A stretch of DNA of 44,491 nucleotides. Origin: Chiloscyllium plagiosum. Taxonomy: Eukaryota. Each line of letters starts with the position of its first letter. The first letter of the stretch is position 1. Both the position numbers and the translations under genes were made by a program. The stretch spans positions 3,916,832-3,961,322 of the forward strand of contig NC_057759.1 in NCBI RefSeq assembly GCF_004010195.1, in the 5' to 3' direction. Below, one piece after another: positions 35,854-44,491 of the stretch. The notes under the pieces are model-generated. The model saw nothing but the letters and a program-made list of their open reading frames with translations. It was not told the DNA's origin and did not search any database.

Positions 35854-37556
35854 GTGATATTGTTGCTCCTTTAACAAGCCTGTAAAATACACAGGCTCTG
35901 AAAAGTCTGACTTGATGGGTTTTAGGGACATTTTAATTATAGCTCATAGATAATGCCTCAGGCAAAAGGCTTCCACATTTTTCAAAAGAACACTTGTACA
36001 ATGAAAGCGGAGTGTCCCAGTTTTCCCAGCTCAGCTTTTCTCTGGTTTGATTTAGTTTTTGGCTGTCTGGCTAATGACTGAAAGTAGTCAGGCAGTTGAA
36101 AAAGCTGCTGAACCCAAAGAAGCCAGTCTATGCTGGAACTCTCTCTCTCTAACATCCCTGCTTTAAGACCCTGTGTTTGATTTTATCTTTTTGTGCCAAA
36201 GGGTGTTTGTGGGAACTATTGCAAGCGTTGGGAACAGCATCATTAAGTTGGTATAATCTGTAGGCTTTTCGGATAGGTAAAGTTATTTAGTATCCTGTTC
36301 TCTTTTAAGGCATTTGTTTCATTTGATAATCTTGTAAATCAGTTCTGTTTTGTTTAAAACTACGTGGGTGGACCAGCTACATCATTCCTGGAATATCCGA
36401 GTACACCTGCCTAAACCAACTAGCAAAGTTAGGATCCTGGCTACTTGAAATGTTTTGAGGGGGTCTGTAGTTCTGATTTGGGATTAGGGTTGTTGAACTT
36501 GAAGGCAGCGAGTGGTAAGTGTTAGTGTCTTTTGTTCCGGGTTTTGAATTCAGTTGGTTTAAACAGTGCTTGGGATAGCAATGGCTCTTTCAGTCATCAA
36601 GAGTTTTCTGTGGATGGAAGAAGTGATTTTGGGCCTCTTACAAAAGGTGATTAAGGGTAAGCTGCTGGAAATAGCAGACAAGCTGGAATTGAGTCTGTGT
36701 CCTTTCATGTGGAAAGGAGAGATAATTACAGCAGGAGCTCAGCATTTCCATTTGTTGGAAACACCATCAGAATCTTCTGAGATGGCTGACATTCAATCGA
36801 AAATGCAGCAACATGAGTTAGAAGCACAAGACAAGGAAAGGGCAACAGAAATGACATCTTTTGAAATATGATTAAATGGAGAAGAGAGAGCGGGGAGAAA
36901 GAGAAAAGAAAGGAAGGAAGATATGGAGTTTGAACTTTGGAAATTGGCACTTAGACAGGAGTTCAAAAATTCACTTCCTGAAGCAGTGAAAACCTATGTG
37001 GAAGATCAGAGAGTTAAAACAGCAAGATTGGCATCTGAAACGCCTGATGGTTATGAGTTGTTCGAAGTTTTGGCTTCTAAAACCAATTTCAATCCATGAG
37101 AGATAGAAGTTGAAGATAAGAGAAATCCTCACCTGGAAAGGAAACGATAGATCTCAGTGAATGTCGTAAGAATGACTTATCACAAGTTAAAAAGGAAACA
37201 CTTGAAGGGGAAAGAGAAGTTAAAAAGCTCTGGTGTTTTCCCTGCAATAAAGTAGGCTATGCGAAATCACAGTGTTGGTGGGTTCGGAAAAACACTGGGA
37301 AACCAGATATAGGAAACAGGATAAGCCAGTGAAATTTGTTGAGGTGGTAACTGAAAGTACAATGGAGGCTCGAAAGCTGCACCAGAATGTACAAGCTGAT
37401 CCGAGGTGACAGATCTTGTCAAACCATCCACCTCTGAAGGTAATGTTTACCTGCATAGGAGGATCAGGTAAAGTGGTTACAATATTAAGAGATACAATCT
37501 GTGATGCTGAAAGATGAGGAGATATGCACCTCTGAAGGACTATTGCCAGAAAAGTC
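35854..37556 (+). mobile_element. Gypsy (Gmr1-like) LTR retrotransposon relic: putative 5' LTR, gag, protease start
   Basis: Gag start MALSVIKSFL (36581); SCAN-like EFKNSLPEAVKTYVEDQRVKTA (36959); zinc knuckle CFPCNKVGYAKSQC (37234); VTILRDT protease motif. LTR limits are approximate. Confidence 0.8.
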
Positions 37557-37903
37557 AATCAATCAATAGAAAGCAGGAGACAACAGCTTCGCTTCACTTG
37601 GAAGTTGCCACTGATGATGTTACCTAGCCAGGTTTTGAAACGACTAGATATCAAACCTACAGCTCAGCAAGCGAACATACACCATAACCCCCCCTATCCC
37701 CCTGCTTGTGCCAGTTTCTAGACTATTGCCAGAAAAGTCAATCAATCAATAGAAAGCAGGAGACAACAGCTTCGCTTCACTTGGAAGTTGCCACTGATGA
37801 TGTTACCTAGCTAGGTTTTGAAACGACTAGATATCAAACCTACAGCTCAGCAAGCGAACATACACCCTAACCCCCCCTATCCCCCTGCTTGTGCCAGTTT
37901 CTA
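37538..37903 (+). repeat. 183-bp tandem duplication carrying a third PLE-type pLTR with degenerate hammerhead
   Basis: GACTATTGCCAGAAAAGTCAATC at 37538 and 37721; CCA-CTGATGA-..ACCT(AGCC)AGGT..GAAACG at 37608 and 37791. Confidence 0.9.
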
Positions 37904-38016
37904 GCTAATCAATAGTTGTATAATATCCTAACAATTTATTGCTTTGGAAGTGACTCATTATTTCATTCTGTAACTGCCAGTTTATTGTTTCTAATCTTGT
38001 ATTTACTCAGTTTCAG

Positions 38017-38155
38017 AGGAGAAAGTGAGGACTGCAGATGCTGGCGATCAGAGCTGAAAATGTGTTGCTGGAAAAGCGCAGCAGGTCAGGCAGCAGCCAG
38101 GGAACAGGAGAATCTCGTCTGACCTGCTGCGCTTTCCCAGCAACACATTTTCAGC
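38017..38155. mobile_element. Fold-back PLE insertion with perfect 15-bp TSD
   Basis: TSD TTTACTCAGTTTCAG (38002-38016 and 38156-38170); inverted arms GCTGAAAATGTGTTGCTGG / CCAGCAACACATTTTCAGC. Confidence 0.88.
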
Positions 38156-38919
38156 TTTACTCAGTTTCAGTCAATCACTGGCATGTCAGAGAACAAATCT
38201 CTCAACATCTCGAAGTTTCTGTTGAAATGGATGGCTAATCTTTTTTCACTCCATCCCTGGTATATCTCTGATAACTAAATTGATCAGTATGTCATCTATG
38301 AGCACACACATATCAGTACGTTAAAGATAAAGTGCATGGTGAATGATGCTGCAGATACAGTGGATATGCTGCAGTTATTAATTTCTTTCAGGCTTGTGTC
38401 ACTTTAAATATCTCAGAGCAGAAGCATGAGAATTCTGTGACATTTCTATCTGTCTGTGTGTAATCTGTCAGGAGAACAGATCACAAAGGCTTTAGTTATG
38501 ATCTTCATCTCATTTTGATGTTTAGTGCCCATAACCAAAGACTCCCTTACATATCAAAAAAGATATATAGCTACATTAGCATAAATTAAGCTGATAACTC
38601 AACCCTAACTGTTCTGTGTGGAACAGAACAAGGCGAGAATGTTCTGCATTGCTTTCTTAGACAGAAGGCTTCCTGTTCAACACTGTGTCCCTTACTCGGG
38701 ATTCTCTCATTAGCATTGACAATCTCCCAGCATCAACTCTGTCAACTGCCTTCAGATCATTTTCTTTTGCCTTAAATATGATAAATTGTTCTTCAAATCA
38801 CCAGTGAGAATATGCCCAACTATTTTATACTTACAATTAGAGCCTACATATCATTATACAGCTCTATGAAGGTGCAGGTATCACTCTGTCCCAGTAATAT
38901 TCTGCTATGTGCATACTTG

Positions 38920-39770
38920 AGTGAAGTTATCACTCTAAACCTGTTGGTTTCTACTGTGTGAATATGTCAGTTTCTGCTTTATGAATGTGATAGTTTAATT
39001 ATCAATCTGTCCATGTCCGTTTCTCCATTGTTGAAATGTGAACGTAGTTATCAATGTCTATCTGCCATCTTCTCCTAAGTGAACATGTGGGTGTCCGTAT
39101 TGAAATGTACTTGTCGCTTTGTGACACGAATGCATGAGTGTAGTTATCAATCTTTCCCTGTCAGTTTCTGCTATGTGAATGTATTGATGTAGTTATACAT
39201 CTGTACTGATGAAGGGGCCTTTAACCAAAACGTTGATTCTGCTACTTCCATACCTGCTGTGCTTTTCCAGCACCACACTCTCAACTCTAATTTCCAGCAT
39301 CTGCAGTCCTCAGTTATGCTCATCCATCTGTACCTGTCAGTTTCTGATCTGTGAATATGGAAGTATGGTTATTGATCTGTCCATCAGTTTCACCAATTTG
39401 AATATGACAACCTCTCTCTATCAGTTTCTGTGATGTGAAGATGACAGTCCAATTATCTATCTGCCCCTATCAAATTCTGCTGTATGAATATGAGAGTGGC
39501 ATTATCAGTCTCTACCTGAGCTTTTGCGACGTCAGTGTGATTTTAGGTATCAATCTGCCTCATTAGGTTCTAGGTGAATGTAAAAATGTAGTTATTATAT
39601 ACCTGTGAGATTCTGCTCTGGGAATATAGGAGTGTATTATGAAATTGTCAGTTTCTGCAATGTGAATGTGTTTGTGCAATCATCAGTCTATCACTGACAG
39701 CTTCAACTATATGAATGGATGAGTGCATCTGTACCTGAAAGTATCTGTGCCCGTCCGTTTGTGTTCTGTG
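38920..39770 (+). repeat. Degenerate ~49-bp minisatellite (largest copy), interrupted by a PLE insertion at 39207-39324
   Basis: ATCAAT-like anchors at 39001, 39050, 39099, 39146 and 39195; CATCTGTAC flanks the insertion. Confidence 0.75.
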
Positions 39771-39896
39771 AATAAGTGAGTACTTATATATTTGTCTCTG
39801 TTTAACATGACACTTGCAGAAACTGCAGGAGCTCTTTTATTCTTCAAATCTCAGTTGCTCAACATGAATAAGACTTTACCTGTTGCCATCCATGTC

Positions 39897-40315
39897 AGGG
39901 TGGCATGGTGGCACAGTGGTGCCAGGGATGCAGATTCAATTCCAGCCTTGGTTCATTTCCTGTGTGCAGTTTGCATGTTCTGCCCATGTCTGCATAGGTT
40001 TCCTCTGGTCCAAAAATGTGCAGGTTTTCTGGATTAGCCATGGTAAAATGTCCTGTAGTATTCAATGATGATCAGTGTCAGTGGGTTAAAACTGGTAAAA
40101 ACAAGGGCTGCTGATGCTGGAAACCAGATTGCCTGAAACGTCGATCTTCCTGCTCCTCGGATGCTGCCTGAACTGCTGTGCCTTTCCAGCACCACTCCAG
40201 TATCAGTGGGTTAACTATGGTAAATGTTGAGTTATGGTGAGGTCTACATCTGGCTGGGATCTGCTTTGGTGAGTTGTTGTGGGGCGATGGGCCAAAATGA
40301 ACTCTATCTGCACCA
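39897..40315 (+). mobile_element. Old HE1-related SINE with nested fold-back PLE insertion (40090-40202)
   Basis: Head GGGTGGCATGGTGGCACAGTGG; TSD TCAGTGGGTTAA (40078-40089 and 40203-40214). Confidence 0.75.
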
Positions 40316-41809
40316 AGATATTATATCTACTGTAATTGAAAGCAAGACTTTTTTTAGTACCATCTTCAGTCTCTGACAGCGTAAAACAGTTTGGGTAATT
40401 TCCACAACTTTTACTCTATGGTACAGGTTTGATTGTAAGTTATATTCTGAATGCGCATTTTTAACTTATTGTTCACATGTTTATAACCAAACCACTTTAT
40501 GAGCGCTTTTGCATTCTGTATCCAATAATCTCTGGGGATCTGTCTTAATGTGTACCTTTTCATGTTAATATTTAATTTCCCTTTGGACCACTTGAAAACA
40601 ACGTATTCATTCAGTCATTTTGTATGAGATGTATTCAGTTTTCACTTTGTGAAAAGAAATTAAATTGCAATATTTGTTTTAACCTAGCACTTGGCATGTT
40701 ATCTAATTCCTCCAGTTTGGACAAACAGAATTGATACATGAATTATGTACAGTCATAGAGTCAGACAGCAAGTTTAAACCATGATGAGATAATTGGAGGA
40801 ATAATTAACTTGAATATTTATTTACTTCTTTCCCTATTTAAGTGGAATACATTGTTAGCATGCAATAGGTTCAGTATTTCCAAATAAACAAGTGGAGTTT
40901 ACTTTTTGACCAACATTATACTATGCATTAAAATTCTATAGGAAGTTCTCTTGTACACTGGGACTGACTCTTACCTCTCTTACCTTTCCTGTTTCATTGA
41001 AGGAAACGGTAGCTCTCCCAACCATGTGATCCTAGTAGGCATAATTTTGCCTACTAACCTGACAGTGTTTTTGTGCTTTGTAAATTATTCTGTACCCACT
41101 GTGTGTTGATATCATCTCACTCTTTGTTGTGTCCAGAAACCATTCAGTATCTTGCAAATCCTTCATTACATAAATAAGGACAATAACTGATGCAATCTGC
41201 AACTATTTGTTCTTCTCTGTGACTGCAGAACTAATCTTGTTTCTTCCACTCACTTGTACGGTTTGTGTACTTGGGGAGTACTCTCTCCCTGACAGTCTGT
41301 GCTATTCAATTGGACTGTTGATATGGTTTATTGTCCTTCAAAACTCTGCTCAGATGTGACAGACTGTGATCAGATTAGGGACATGTTGCTTAGTGAAAAA
41401 CTTGAAACTAAAATTTAATGTTGACTATTTGGACTGTTGTGTGCATTTTATGTATAAAGTGGTTTGTGAAAGGAACAGTTGTTATGATACAGGAAGGATG
41501 CCCACACTCGATTGATTCTGCTTCAATCGTCCTGCATTGTGTTACTGAGCAGTTTAAATGTTTACTATTAAATGGACAGCCAGTTAGCAAAGGAGAGAGT
41601 TTTCAGTTCATGTTTCCTGAAGTGAATGGGAAAGAGCTTATTTTCTTTGACCGTATCTGTAAGAGTCCAGACAAGTGAAACCACAGCACTTTGTCACAGA
41701 AAGGATCTGGGCTGTTCTTCAGCGTCAAGGAGGTAAAAGCAATGGACCTTTGCACTTCCGATAGTGCAGAGTCTAACTGGGAGTAGTGATATCAAGGTGT
41801 GGCCTTCAG

Positions 41810-42420
41810 AGAGTCACACAGTTATACAGCACAGAAACAGATCCTTTGGTCCAAGTTGTCCATGCTGACCAGAGATCTTAATCTGACCTGGTCTCATTTA
41901 AGTTAAAAATCTCAACACCAGGTTATAGTACAACAGGTTTACGTGGAAGCACTAGCTTTCAGAGCGATGAAGGAGCAATGCACTGAAAGCTCGTGCTTCC
42001 AAATAAACCTGGTGTACAACAAATTGGCAGTGTGATTCTTGACATTGTCCACCCCAGTCCAGCACTGGCACCTCCACATCATGGCTAGTCACATTTGCCA
42101 GCATTTGGCGCATATCCATCAACACTGTTCCTATTCTTGTATATATCCAGGTGGCTATAAAAGGTTGTAATTGTACCCACCACCTCCACTCCCTCTGGTA
42201 GCTCATTCCATACAAGCACCACACTCTGTGATAGTAAAAGCCCACAGGCCCTTTTAAAATATTTTTCCACAATTCAAACCTGTGCCTGCTATTTTTGCAC
42301 TCACCCACTCGGAAAAAGACCAGTGCTATTCATCCTATCATGCCCCTCATGATCTTCTCAACCCATACAAAGGTCACACCTCATTCTCTGACAGTCCACG
42401 GAATAAAGCAACATCCAGTT
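41810..42420 (-). mobile_element. CR1/HER1 3' fragment with nested inverted PLE (family 2) piece at ~41900-42083
   Basis: CR1 tail ACAGCACAGAAACAGATCCTTTGGTCCAA; head-to-head GGAAGCACTAGCTTTC / GAAAGCTCGTGCTTCC. Confidence 0.75.
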
Positions 42421-43399
42421 TACCCACCCCCCAACTCAAAACCTCCAGTCCCGGCAATGGAACATCCTGATGAGAGTGCAGTTGACGTGGTTTACATGGA
42501 TTGCTGTAAGGCCTTTGTCGAAGCATAACCCCTGACTGGGAAGAAAGACTCAGCACGCAGGCAGGCAGCATTCAGGCAAGTGGTAGGTGCTTATTCAAGC
42601 AGAAACAGGTGGTTAGTGCAGGGTGAGGGTCAAATGATCTACCCCAGAGACTGGCCTCAGAAGAGAGGTCCATGACACATTTTTTTTGTTACAATAAAAA
42701 GCAATATTGCTTATGAACTTTCTGATATCAATCACATACAACTTGATTATGATGTTCCTCCCTTTTACTTTGCATACCCTATTCAATGAGACACTGAATG
42801 GACAGCCCCAGGAACCCCTGACATCTGAGAGTTTAGAGGACACTGTAATCTCTAGGCCTTGAAATCTTTCTATGCATCCTATTCATTCACATTCCAAAGT
42901 TATTTTCTGTACAGCCTCGGGTTTCTCTCAGGCTAGCTTCTCTTTCAGGACAATAACAACTTGAATGTTGTTATTCATTGTATTCCATTTTATCAAGATC
43001 AATTGCTGCTCTGATATAATTCGGACAGTGGGGAAATATACGAAGAAAACCAAAAGGACAGATTGTTTTGACTTACTTGCCACAGACTTGTAATTTTAAT
43101 TTGTTATAAAATCTTAGTTACAAAATGTAAAGTAATTTAGATATCCCAACTATTAGCACTTTGTGATTAATGGGCTGTGAGCAATCTGTTGTGTTCTGGG
43201 TGTAAAAGAAGTCATTTCCTAAAGCTTCACTTCCAGGTTTATATGCTTCTTTTCCCCTTTATGCTTTAGTATTATGCATCTATTTTTTATGCTGGCGTAG
43301 TATTTGCCTGCCATTGCTTTTCACATCCTGCTGTTTAATTCTTAAAGGTTAGTTTGTGTAAACAGACATGGGCAACTCTATTCTTGCCAGATACACGCC

Positions 43400-44491
43400 A
43401 CCCCTACAGCCTTTGACAAAGTCCCATATAAAAGACTGGCTCTCCGAGTTTCAAGCAACCTGGATCTGAAATGAGCTTGCAGCCAGGATGCAAACTATAA
43501 TGGTTGTGTTTGTGATTGGAAGCCTGTGACCAGTGGTGTACCACAGGGATCAGTGCTGGGACCCTTGTGAATGCAGAATGTATAATTAGTAAGCCTGCAG
43601 ATGAATTTTTCATGTGGAATTATATGTTTCAATGCTGCCTTGAAGTGCAAAGGGCCTGTTTCTGTGCGGTATTGTTCTTTGTTCTATGACATGAAAGTCG
43701 GTGGCGTTGTTGACAGTGTGGGGGATGGTCTCAGGCTACAGTATGAGAACATTGGGCACTGCAATGACAGATGGAATTTAGTCCTGATAAATGTGAGGTA
43801 ATGCATTTTGGAAGGTCTAATAAGGCAAAGAATTACACAATGAAAGATTGGTCCCTCGGCAGTACTGAGGAACAAAGATTACTTATTTAAAGTGTGGAAA
43901 CAGGCCCTTCAGCCCAACAAGTCCACACTGACCTGCCGAAGCGCAACCCACCCAGACCCATTCCCCTACATTTACCCCTTCACCTAACACTACAGGCAAT
44001 TTAGCATGGCCAATTCACCTAAACTGTACATTTTTGGATTGTGGGAGGAAACTGGAGCACTCGGAGGAAACTCACGCAGACACGGGGAGAATGTGCAAAC
44101 TCCACACACAGTCGCCTCAGACAGGAATTGAACCCGGGTCTCTGGCTCTGTGAGGCAGCAGTGCTTACCACTGTGTCACCATGCTGCCTTGATGTTCAAG
44201 TCTATCGATCACAGGAGGTGTCAGTACAGGCAGACAGGCTGCTGAAAAAGGCATACGGAATGTTTTCCTTCAGTACCAGAGCGGCCAAATATAAGAGCAA
44301 GGGAGTCTTGTTCCACCTTTATAAAGCAGATCAAATACTGTGTGCAGTCCTGACTGCCACACAATTGGAAGAATGGGATTGACTGGAGAGGATGCAGTGG
44401 GTTGGAAAGTTTCCGTCAAACGGGGCGACCGTATGATTGGGTTTGGTTTCCCTGGAGCCAAAAGGTGTTGAGGAAGGAATTGACTGAGCTA
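43400..44491 (+). mobile_element. CR1 LINE RT relic, interrupted by a SINE
   Basis: AFDKVP (GCCTTTGACAAAGTCCCA), SGVPQGSVLG (AGTGGTGTACCACAGGGATCAGTGCTGGGA), KKAYGMFSF. Confidence 0.85.
43876..44188 (-). mobile_element. Full-length HE1-type SINE
   Basis: High similarity to 7010-7321. Confidence 0.92.

Noticed and set aside
36959..37060. Host SCAN zinc-finger gene
   Set aside because: The SCAN-like segment sits between gag start, zinc knuckle and protease of a decayed Gypsy element.

Overview
Repeat-dense vertebrate genomic DNA, almost certainly from a cartilaginous fish (shark). The evidence is several HE1-type tRNA-derived SINEs with (TAATC)n tails, many CR1/HER1-type LINE relics, Penelope-like elements (PLEs) and a Gmr1-like Gypsy relic. 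Nearly all ORF-track entries are repeat-derived or spurious. Reading for spliced exons reveals pieces of what looks like a paired Ig-superfamily immune-receptor locus. On + are small cytoplasmic exons ending in a terminal exon with ITIM-type motifs (ITYATL, NIYANI; 10340-10459). On - is an FcR/FCRL D1-like C2 Ig exon with one premature stop (31064-31339), followed by an exon for an NKp46/LILRA/OSCAR-like transmembrane segment (28091-28186). The window also holds minimal hammerhead-ribozyme motifs in short TSD-flanked PLE insertions, an inverted AT-rich satellite block, degenerate minisatellites and several tandem/segmental duplications. All family assignments come from motif recognition by eye, not from database searches.
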